Positions 1-6,448 of a stretch of DNA of 64,000 nt are shown piece by piece (positions within the stretch are counted from its first letter, which is position 1; each line of letters opens with the position of its first letter). This stretch comes from a virus. The stretch spans positions 1-64,000 of IMG/VR virus record IMGVR_UViG_3300030099_008323. One strand, written 5' to 3'. Under the pieces are notes generated by a model. It worked only from the letters and a program-made list of their open reading frames with translations. It was not told the DNA's origin and did not search any database. Position numbers and translations under genes: made by a program.

Positions 1-89
1 TTAAAATAAGTATCTAAAACTGCACGTGCTTCATCAGCCTTAGAATGGAAATGGGTAAGCGCAGCCTTAAAATAAAGATTGTCTTGCAT
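1..89 (-). CDS. hypothetical protein, N-terminal part only (runs off the window edge)
   Basis: ATG at 89 opens MQDNLYFKAALTHFHSKADEARAVLDTYF..., overlapping the end of the 67..546 ORF. Confidence 0.5.
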   Translation of the reverse strand, partial: MQDNLYFKAALTHFHSKADEARAVLDTYF

Positions 90-546
90 TTTCCAACTCC
101 TTGTGGCTTTTTTTCATTTCTAAATAATCTTCGTTCTCTCTAGCTTTCTTCCATGCCTCGCGAAAGATAATCGCCGACACTGCTTTTTCGCATACCATAG
201 CATCAGGCTCCTGAGGTATCACAGAGCCATCCGAATCATATTTTCTGCCATCTCTATGGTTAGCATACCTTCTGGCTCTTGTGAAACCCATGTGCAGAAA
301 TTTTTTTGCCATATCAGCGCCAACAAAATCTCCACATCTAATATAATCATGAAACATTTTTAGTATTTGTGTGCTAGAATTAGTCGCCTCATGCGGTGTC
401 TTGAAACGCCAGTAAGCACAAATCTCCGACTTGTAAGGCTCGCATATAAGCACGCCTTGTTGACCTCTGCCAATAGTGTAAAGATGTGGGTTCTGGCGAT
501 AATCCACGCTTGGATTCCATTTTTTAAAATAGTCTTCACTAACCAT
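67..546 (-). CDS. DUF4385-family protein
   Basis: Motifs GRGQQGVL, WRFKTP, DFVGADMAKKFLHMGFTRARRYANH recalled as typical of DUF4385. Confidence 0.75.
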   Translation of the reverse strand: MVSEDYFKKWNPSVDYRQNPHLYTIGRGQQGVLICEPYKSEICAYWRFKTPHEATNSSTQILKMFHDYIRCGDFVGADMAKKFLHMGFTRARRYANHRDGRKYDSDGSVIPQEPDAMVCEKAVSAIIFREAWKKARENEDYLEMKKSHKELENARQSLF

Positions 547-706
547 TTCGCCACCATTTTTTTGTTTTCTTAAGCTGGTTTTCGATTAAGATATTAAGTT
601 CTTCATCAGAAATCTCAGGAAAGTATTCCTTCGTTATTTTAAACGCTTCTTCAGCTGTAGCGTTGTGAAATAGAATTTGGTCTTTTACAACAAATTTCGC
701 ATCCAT
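539..706 (-). CDS. small hypothetical protein (55 aa), not in ORF track
   Basis: RBS AGGAGA then MDAKFVVKDQ...KKWWRNG*; stop overlaps the start of 67..546. Confidence 0.7.
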   Translation of the reverse strand: MDAKFVVKDQILFHNATAEEAFKITKEYFPEISDEELNILIENQLKKTKKWWRNG

Positions 707-735
707 TTTATCTCTCCTATGTTAAATGTTTTATT

Positions 736-811
736 TGGTGCCCTCTGTAGGGTTCGAACCTACGACCTAGCGGTTAAAAGCCGCGTGCTCTACCAACTGA
801 GCTAAGAAGGC
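736..811 (-). tRNA. trnK: tRNA-Lys(UUU)
   Basis: Cloverleaf: GCCTTCT/AGAGGGC acceptor, loop CTTTTAA, TTCGAAC T-loop, encoded CCA. Confidence 0.95.
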
Positions 812-816
812 GAAAG

Positions 817-893
817 TGGCACGCCCGACAGGATTCGAACCTGTGACCCTCGGCTTAGAAGGCCGATGCTCTATCCAGCTGAGCTACGGGCGC
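817..893 (-). tRNA. trnR: tRNA-Arg(UCU)
   Basis: Cloverleaf, anticodon arm TCGGC-CTTCTAA-GCCGA, encoded CCA. Confidence 0.95.
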
Positions 894-900
894 TTATTGG

Positions 901-1032
901 CTATTTAACCATAAGATAAACTGCAAGCGACACAAACCATCCAGATAGTATCAACGTAAGGAGCAAAGTGTCAGCTGATCTCTCTGTTGACTTGTAGTTA
1001 AAGGTTTTTTTATACCATTGTTTTAATTTCAT
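901..1032 (-). CDS. small membrane peptide (43 aa), not in ORF track
   Basis: ATGA overlap with uvsE stop; MKLKQWYKK...LLLTLILSGWFVSLAVYLMVK* has a C-terminal hydrophobic segment. Confidence 0.6.
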   Translation of the reverse strand: MKLKQWYKKTFNYKSTERSADTLLLTLILSGWFVSLAVYLMVK

Positions 1033-1952
1033 GCTTCCTCCATAAGTTCGCGCATTCTGTAAAGCCCAATTTCTTTGTGCTTACATTCTAACATAACATC
1101 CAAGTCTAAATTGTAAAGATTAATCGGTGTCCAGTAAGAATCGGAGTGAGCGTTGGTTTTAATCTTTGGGTCGTTATGTTCAATAGCTCGGGACTGTGAA
1201 TAATGAACCACTGGACGGATATCACCCCACGTGGTGCATGCAGTTAATAAGGCTTCTTCTTCGTCCTGATCGCCGGTGCAGAACTTGTGATGGTGGTAGT
1301 CAAATACAATTGGTATACCAATCTTCTCATAGACACCTTCATAAAGCTCTTTGGTAGAGTATAGCGAAGCCTTGTCGTCATTCTCAACAGTGAGGCGAGA
1401 CTTAGCCGCTTCAGACAGACGATGATAGTTGCGATTAAAGTTAGCTAATGCCATTGGCTTATCGTTGTAGTGCGCTCCAACATGAATGTTTAGTTTGTTG
1501 TAGGGTGTGCGCGACAAACCAAGCATATCAAATACCTCGCCATGAATGTCTAGATCGCGGATAGTGTTGAGAACAACTTGTTCACGTGGCGAAGTCAACT
1601 TGTTAAATGGGCCTGGGTGAGCTGTAATCCGATGGCCATGATCCTCAATGAAATCACCCGCCTCTTGCAAAGCGGCGCAGATGTCTTCAAAATCTGGCAA
1701 ATCTGATAGCTTATACTCTGACGCCCATGGGAACAAATCAGATGAGATGCGAAAGAAGCGAATGTCTCTAGCTTCATTCCACTGCAAAATCTTAAGTAAA
1801 TCTCTACAGTTAGCTAGCGCTAGCTCAGAAGCGTAAGGCAAGCCCTTGGCATCAAAAGTCCTGCGAATCATCGAGCGGTTAGTCATGACACGCTTAGACT
1901 TTGGCTGCGATGAAAGTTGCATGTTGATACATGCATATCCTAAATTATACAT
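1029..1952 (-). CDS. uvsE: UV DNA damage endonuclease (UvsE/UVDE)
   Basis: LGYACIN, FFRISSDLFP, AHPG, LNIHVG, LTVENDD, VFDYHHH, AHSD, MLECKHKE; likely start ATG 1952 after a GAGG RBS. Confidence 0.95.
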   Translation of the reverse strand: MYNLGYACINMQLSSQPKSKRVMTNRSMIRRTFDAKGLPYASELALANCRDLLKILQWNEARDIRFFRISSDLFPWASEYKLSDLPDFEDICAALQEAGDFIEDHGHRITAHPGPFNKLTSPREQVVLNTIRDLDIHGEVFDMLGLSRTPYNKLNIHVGAHYNDKPMALANFNRNYHRLSEAAKSRLTVENDDKASLYSTKELYEGVYEKIGIPIVFDYHHHKFCTGDQDEEEALLTACTTWGDIRPVVHYSQSRAIEHNDPKIKTNAHSDSYWTPINLYNLDLDVMLECKHKEIGLYRMRELMEEA

Positions 1953-1977
1953 AATAACCTCAAATTTAAATATAGTA

Positions 1978-2484
1978 TCATCTATTAAGATAACAATCCC
2001 ATATGTTAACATTAGTTGTAATTTTATCTAAATATGACTTATAATCTAGTGGCCTAGGCGTCTTAAGAAGTCGGAAGCCAACCTGCTCTAGAGTCTTTGA
2101 GCCTTTCTTTTGATTACAGCTATGACATGACAAAACAATATTAGTCCATTCATGTCTGCCACCTCTAGATTTTGGCTTGATGTGGTCTATAGTTTCCTTA
2201 CCAAGAGGTATAGGGACTTGACAGTATTGGCACTGGCCATTATCTCTGATTCTTAAATTTTTAGTGGTGCAAGAGAAAGATCGCTTATGATTGACAACTT
2301 TATTTTTAAGGACAATTACCGCTGGTAAGTCAAAGCTTTGGCTTTGAGAATTAATCTTGCGATCATAGCACTCCAACATGTAGGTCTTACCAAGCATGCA
2401 AGATACTAGTGCTTGTGTTGAGGGCACAATGCCTATAGGTCTATAAGCTGCATCTAGTTTTAAAGCTTGGTATGAATTTAACAT
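1978..2484 (-). CDS. HNH endonuclease (McrA-like)
   Basis: RDNGQCQYC, TIDHIKPKSRGG, NIVLSCHSCNQKK. Confidence 0.9.
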   Translation of the reverse strand: MLNSYQALKLDAAYRPIGIVPSTQALVSCMLGKTYMLECYDRKINSQSQSFDLPAVIVLKNKVVNHKRSFSCTTKNLRIRDNGQCQYCQVPIPLGKETIDHIKPKSRGGRHEWTNIVLSCHSCNQKKGSKTLEQVGFRLLKTPRPLDYKSYLDKITTNVNIWDCYLNR

Positions 2485-2492
2485 GTCTATTG

Positions 2493-2500
2493 TAAGTAGT
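2493..2500 (-). promoter_or_regulatory. candidate late-promoter motif ACTACTTA
   Basis: Variant of the recurrent ACTATTTA motif, 8 nt upstream of the HNH ATG. Confidence 0.5.
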
Positions 2501-2503
2501 ATC

Positions 2504-2580
2504 TGGTGGGCTCTCTCGGACTCGAACCGAGGACTACCCCGTTATGAGCGGGGGGCTCTAACCAACTGAGCTAAGAGCCC
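2504..2580 (-). tRNA. tRNA-Ile2(CAU, lysidine type); elongator Met not excluded
   Basis: Anticodon loop CTCATAA; GGGCTCT/AGAGCCC acceptor with C4-G69, U12-A23, C29-G41 and A73 (Ile identity elements); encoded CCA. Confidence 0.85.
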
Positions 2581-2611
2581 TTAAATTTATCTCTCACGGC
2601 ATTATATAAGC

Positions 2612-2980
2612 TTACCACGGTGATTCAGGCAGTATACCGTCACTTGAGTATTGTTTATTAAATTTGATAATTACGTCTTTTTTCTCCAAACCACAGGCAT
2701 CGTTGACCTCTAAGTGAATATGATTGAATTTTTTATTCTTCATCCTTGAGGCAGATACGAATGTTCGACCATTAAAACTAATAATATCATACCTAATTTT
2801 TTTCTTCCCCTTTCCGTAAGAGGCTTTTGAGATATAGCACCTCACGATATTAATTTTGATATCGGGGCTATTAATATTTCTTTGCTTCATAGAAGCTTTG
2901 TGGGCAGGGATTTTGCTTTTTGAAAGCGACAGGATTCTAGTCCTGCCTTCTGTATCTTCTAGCACCATAGCGTAGCTCAT
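2612..2980 (-). CDS. hypothetical protein (122 aa)
   Basis: ORF with AGGAGG RBS directly after tRNA-Leu. Confidence 0.7.
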   Translation of the reverse strand: MSYAMVLEDTEGRTRILSLSKSKIPAHKASMKQRNINSPDIKINIVRCYISKASYGKGKKKIRYDIISFNGRTFVSASRMKNKKFNHIHLEVNDACGLEKKDVIIKFNKQYSSDGILPESPW

Positions 2981-3000
2981 CTTTTCATACCTCCTGAATA

Positions 3001-3087
3001 TGGTAGCCGAGGCGGGACTCGAACCCGCAAGCCCACATGGGCGACAGATTTTAAGTCTGTTGTGTATGCCAATTCCACCACTCGGCC
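3001..3087 (-). tRNA. trnL: tRNA-Leu(UAA)
   Basis: Anticodon arm ACAGA-CTTAAAA-TCTGT, long variable arm, encoded CCA. Confidence 0.95.
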
Positions 3088-3092
3088 AAAAT

Positions 3093-3107
3093 GGGCGCTA
3101 AGCGCCC
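3093..3107 (-). terminator. GC hairpin between the lipoprotein gene and tRNA-Leu
   Basis: GGGCGC-TTA-GCGCCC followed by ATTTT. Confidence 0.5.
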
Positions 3108-3113
3108 GGTGGA

Positions 3114-3449
3114 TTAAGGAACCTCTGGATTAAAGAAATGCGAACCCGGATTGGGGTTGCTCCTAAAACTAGTCGGATCCTCGTCCAATCGCTCTGACTC
3201 CTCTTCCTCACTGACATCAGGGCCCTGAACGGCGCTAACCTCTGCCTCTTCCTCCTCTACATTTACATCTAATGTAGCGACATCCTCAGCAGAGTCAATA
3301 CCAGAAACAGCGTCTTCACCAGATTCTTCACTGGTATCAACTGCAGTCGCTTGCGCTTCATTGTCAATTAGCTCATCTGAGTCGCTGCATCCCATAAAAA
3401 TAAATGAAGCAGCTAAAAAAACAGCAGATGCTTGCATAAGTAATTTCAT
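3114..3449 (-). CDS. acidic lipoprotein
   Basis: Hydrophobic signal ending in lipobox-like FMG-C; D/E-rich body. Confidence 0.7.
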   Translation of the reverse strand: MKLLMQASAVFLAASFIFMGCSDSDELIDNEAQATAVDTSEESGEDAVSGIDSAEDVATLDVNVEEEEAEVSAVQGPDVSEEEESERLDEDPTSFRSNPNPGSHFFNPEVP

Positions 3450-3479
3450 AATTTTCTCCTTATTTAATCATGAAGTTTA

Positions 3480-3507
3480 ACTATAGCAACAGTTCTAAAA
3501 AAGTAAA
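3480..3507 (-). promoter_or_regulatory. sigma70-like promoter TTTACT-N16-TATAGT (extended TG-C)
   Basis: Read directly upstream of 3114..3449. Confidence 0.65.
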
Positions 3508-3678
3508 TTATTCATCTTCTTTAAACATTTTCTTTAGTTTTTCTCTAATATCATCAACAATCTTAATTCTAGCGTTCACAGTGCCTGACTGATAGTCAAT
3601 AGCTTGTCTTAAAACGTAAAGATCTTGCAAAACCTCTCCAAGCAAACTATCTCTTTTATCTGGAACATAGACTCTCAT
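3508..3678 (-). CDS. small hypothetical protein (56 aa), not in ORF track
   Basis: AGGAG RBS; MRVYVPDKRDSLLGEVLQDL...KMFKEDE*. Confidence 0.75.
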   Translation of the reverse strand: MRVYVPDKRDSLLGEVLQDLYVLRQAIDYQSGTVNARIKIVDDIREKLKKMFKEDE

Positions 3679-3687
3679 AAAAATCTC

Positions 3688-3837
3688 CTATATATCGATA
3701 ACGATTACGCGCTTTGGTTCTTCAGATTCAAGCGCTTTGTCTTTCTTTTGACTCTCTTGCCAATCTTCAAAAGCTTTTTGTTCATCGTCCAAGGGCAAAG
3801 GCAATTGCTTCCATATATGTTGTGGCTCTTCCCTCAA
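3688..3837 (-). CDS. small hypothetical protein (49 aa, TTG start), not in ORF track
   Basis: AAGGA RBS; TTGA overlap with upstream ORF; MREEPQHIWKQLPLPL...KRVIVIDI*. Confidence 0.65.
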   Translation of the reverse strand: MREEPQHIWKQLPLPLDDEQKAFEDWQESQKKDKALESEEPKRVIVIDI

Positions 3838-4010
3838 CGTCCTTGGCCTCTATAAGCTTTCTTCCGTCTATGGGCTTTTGGCGGTGACGTACCAGCCCTG
3901 TGGCCACTATGGAAAGTCTCACCACCAGAATGAGACTTTTTACTGTAAGTCCCGGCACCAATCGTGGTCTTTTTTTTAGATGTGTTGTTTTTTTTATTAC
4001 TCTTAGCCAT
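3834..4010 (-). CDS. small basic phage protein (58 aa) ending KKAYRGQGR, not in ORF track
   Basis: Start overlaps the def stop; K/R-rich; C-terminus resembles the K(K/R)YRGQG small proteins of marine T4-like phages (recalled, not searched). Confidence 0.7.
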   Translation of the reverse strand: MAKSNKKNNTSKKKTTIGAGTYSKKSHSGGETFHSGHRAGTSPPKAHRRKKAYRGQGR

Positions 4011-4476
4011 CAAATAACTCCTTTTCTACGGCTCGGTCGAACATCGTAATGCCATTTAAATGATCAATCTCGTGTTGCACGCATACACACTCAAGAGCAT
4101 TTTTCTTAAAAGAAAAAAACAATTGATTAGTGTGATTGTCATCGCTAATAACTATATCTGTCCACCTTTCAGTTAAAACATAGTCACCCTCGTATGATAG
4201 ACAACCCTCTTGAAAAAAACTTCGGCCGAACTTCCCCACAATCTTTGGATTTATGAGTATTATTGGCCTTGAAACTTTGACCACGCAAACACTAGAGTCT
4301 AGTCCAATTTGATTGGCTGCCAAGCCAACACCATCATTCTCTCCGGCTAAAATTTCAAGCAACTTATTGCCAATATATATTCCGTCAGCTTTTGATGGGC
4401 AAGGCTTACAGGGCTTTCTAAGGAGATCTAGATATTTCGCAAAAGAATAACTCACTAAAGCCCCCCAAAATAACAT
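4003..4476 (-). CDS. def: peptide deformylase (C-terminally short, phage type)
   Basis: All three motifs: GVGLAANQIG, EGCLS, QHEIDHLNG; true start may be a downstream GTG. Confidence 0.95.
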   Translation of the reverse strand: MLFWGALVSYSFAKYLDLLRKPCKPCPSKADGIYIGNKLLEILAGENDGVGLAANQIGLDSSVCVVKVSRPIILINPKIVGKFGRSFFQEGCLSYEGDYVLTERWTDIVISDDNHTNQLFFSFKKNALECVCVQHEIDHLNGITMFDRAVEKELFDG

Positions 4477-4521
4477 CTACATAAGTAAATATGATCCTGG
4501 GGAGCCAAAACGATTTATTTG

Positions 4522-4944
4522 TTAATCAATCTTAACATTGATTGCTTGTGCCTCTGGTCTTGTAGGTAAGCTAATCGTCAATAAACCATTTTCATATTCT
4601 GCCTTCGCAGCCGTTAAGTCTAAATTGTTGTCGTAATTTACATAAGTTTTCTTAAAACTTCTGCGAGCAATACGTCGCTGTGTCTGAGCTGTAGTATCAG
4701 ACTGTGCAGAGACGGTAATAGTTCGCTCCTCTGGCTTAACCTCGACAGCTAGTTCATTCTTATCGAAGCCTGCTAAGGCAAACTCTAGAGTCGTTGTGCC
4801 ATCGTCATTTTTATAAATGTCAGCCACAGGATAGCCTTGTGTTGTCCTTTGCATTAGCTGTGGAAAGTCCAACATTGAATCAAAAATATCGTCAAAGACG
4901 CCTCGTCCTAAAAGATTTGGACGGTATGCAGTTAAAGTAGTCAT
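4522..4944 (-). CDS. hsp20: small heat-shock protein (Hsp20/IbpA family)
   Basis: YPVADIYK, LEFALAGF, RRIARRSFKK, AEYENGLLTISLP alpha-crystallin motifs. Confidence 0.95.
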   Translation of the reverse strand: MTTLTAYRPNLLGRGVFDDIFDSMLDFPQLMQRTTQGYPVADIYKNDDGTTTLEFALAGFDKNELAVEVKPEERTITVSAQSDTTAQTQRRIARRSFKKTYVNYDNNLDLTAAKAEYENGLLTISLPTRPEAQAINVKID

Positions 4945-4999
4945 AACAATTTTCTCCTATTATAGCAAGTTATGTTCGATGGCCATAAAGCACCATCAA
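4942..4999 (-). ncRNA. ROSE-like RNA thermometer candidate in the hsp20 5'UTR
   Basis: Hairpin TTGATGG/CCATCGA, then CATAAC-TTGCT-ATAAT-AGGAG-AAAATT-GTTATG with UUGCU opposite the SD and CAUAAC pairing over the AUG. Confidence 0.55.
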
Positions 5000-5003
5000 C
5001 TTA

Positions 5004-5031
5004 AAATTAAGCACATATTAGCGCTAGTCAA
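5004..5031 (-). promoter_or_regulatory. sigma70-like promoter TTGACT-N16-TAATTT for hsp20
   Basis: -35 exact; -10 weak; spacer ends TGTGCT as in the groEL promoter. Confidence 0.5.
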
Positions 5032-5039
5032 GAGAAAAT

Positions 5040-5405
5040 TTAATTTAATTCTAGAGAATATGATAGGCGCTTAAGTTCACCCGATGTATGATATCTTGTC
5101 AGCATGTAGCTCTGCATTGTCAGCAAGGTTTTTTCGTCAATCATAAACTCATCTTCCCCAGTCTCTTCATTAACATGACTTACTGGCTCACTAATAATAC
5201 CATCGACTATCTCCAGCATTGCATAGTTTACCCAAAGTAATTTAACAAAAGAGGGTATCACACCCTCTTTATTGGACTCTGGTGAAAAATAATCCACTAG
5301 CATATCCTTAAGGATTGATATTTGTTCATGGCTTTTATCGGCAAGATCATAAACATAATCTGCTGGCAAGGTGTAAAATTGAGTTTTTGGCTTCTCTTCA
5401 CTCAT
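5040..5405 (-). CDS. hypothetical protein
   Basis: 121-aa ORF overlapping the glutaredoxin stop. Confidence 0.7.
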   Translation of the reverse strand: MSEEKPKTQFYTLPADYVYDLADKSHEQISILKDMLVDYFSPESNKEGVIPSFVKLLWVNYAMLEIVDGIISEPVSHVNEETGEDEFMIDEKTLLTMQSYMLTRYHTSGELKRLSYSLELN

Positions 5406-5643
5406 TTTTAAGATACTTTACCAAATCAGTATAGCCACCAATAAATTTGCTATTACCTTTTTTATCTTTCTCAAATATCATCGGCACTGTACCCCATTCA
5501 TAAATTTTTTTGATTTCATTCAACACCTGCTCTTGAGATGGCTCAAAATTAACTTCACTGTAATCTAAACCATTATCTTGCAGCTGCTCTCTAGCCATTA
5601 CGCAATAAGGACAGCCATCCTTGACAAACAAAACATACTTCAC
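5398..5643 (-). CDS. grx: glutaredoxin
   Basis: CPYC active site, TVPMIF, FIGGYTDL. Confidence 0.95.
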   Translation of the reverse strand: MKYVLFVKDGCPYCVMAREQLQDNGLDYSEVNFEPSQEQVLNEIKKIYEWGTVPMIFEKDKKGNSKFIGGYTDLVKYLKNE

Positions 5644-5945
5644 TTTAAGGCTCCGAGCGCGTTGGTCATGGCCTCAATAATTCTGCTGGGGTGACCGATA
5701 ACATTAATTTTGTGTGCATGAGTCCCACCCGTTGATACTGAAATCTCTGTGAATCTAGTTTTTTTGTTTAGCCCATCAATTATGTCTGACCTACAAAGCA
5801 GTTCATGTAGAGCAACATTCTCTTTCATTGCGATTATGAATTTAGGATTCACAAATGTCTCTCTTAAGTCATATTTAGATTTTACAGTAGCTAACTCTGC
5901 ATCATATTCCTTAGGAAGACAATATATCTCTGTAAACTTTACCAT
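5640..5945 (-). CDS. hypothetical protein
   Basis: 101-aa ORF in a tightly packed operon. Confidence 0.7.
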   Translation of the reverse strand: MVKFTEIYCLPKEYDAELATVKSKYDLRETFVNPKFIIAMKENVALHELLCRSDIIDGLNKKTRFTEISVSTGGTHAHKINVIGHPSRIIEAMTNALGALK

Positions 5946-5946
5946 T

Positions 5947-6171
5947 TCATTCTCCTATATTGGTATATACATTTTTTTTACCAACCAGCCAGTATTCACC
6001 ATCAAGATAGACCTCGTAGCACTTAGTTTCAACTTTAGTCACCAAAGCATTAGTTGGCTTTTTAATTCTTTTGTGCGCGCTGACTTGAGAGAACTCAAGA
6101 TCTTCGCCATTGAGCTGGTAAACCATGACTTGTGAAGGTATGTAAATTAAATCTCCAGCATCAATCTTCAC
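5947..6171 (-). CDS. hypothetical protein (possible SH3-like beta barrel)
   Basis: 74 aa; GDLIYIP...YEVYLDGEYWLV beta pattern. Confidence 0.6.
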   Translation of the reverse strand: MKIDAGDLIYIPSQVMVYQLNGEDLEFSQVSAHKRIKKPTNALVTKVETKCYEVYLDGEYWLVGKKNVYTNIGE

Positions 6172-6448
6172 TTGTTGGCTCCTCAGGCAGCTGTTCGTTA
6201 TTGGGCTGATTAATCGCCTGCAGCCATCCAGAGGTAATATTAAGTGCGTCCTCTATTTTTGCTTCAATAAGCTGTAGATCTTGTATTGTACTGGTTAGAT
6301 TTTGTGCCATAATTTGATAATTAACTGGATTGAAATACAATTTTTGACTGCCATCTAGCATCTTCTTCCTGCACTCACTTAGTATGCCGTCAACAATTTT
6401 TGGTATCTCATCGATTGTTGAGGTATAAGAGACTTTTACTTTCATCAT
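6161..6448 (-). CDS. hypothetical protein
   Basis: 95 aa; ATGA overlap with groEL stop. Confidence 0.7.
   Translation of the reverse strand: MMKVKVSYTSTIDEIPKIVDGILSECRKKMLDGSQKLYFNPVNYQIMAQNLTSTIQDLQLIEAKIEDALNITSGWLQAINQPNNEQLPEEPTSED

Noticed and set aside
4455-4510. Extended hairpin between hsp20 and def (GCTCCCCA/TGGGGGGC)
   Set aside because: Long AT-rich loop, no U tail and no second copy; insufficient support for a regulatory RNA
4960-4990. Sigma54 -24/-12 promoter upstream of hsp20 (TGGC...TTGC)
   Set aside because: The gap between TGGC and TTGC is 13 nt instead of the required 7
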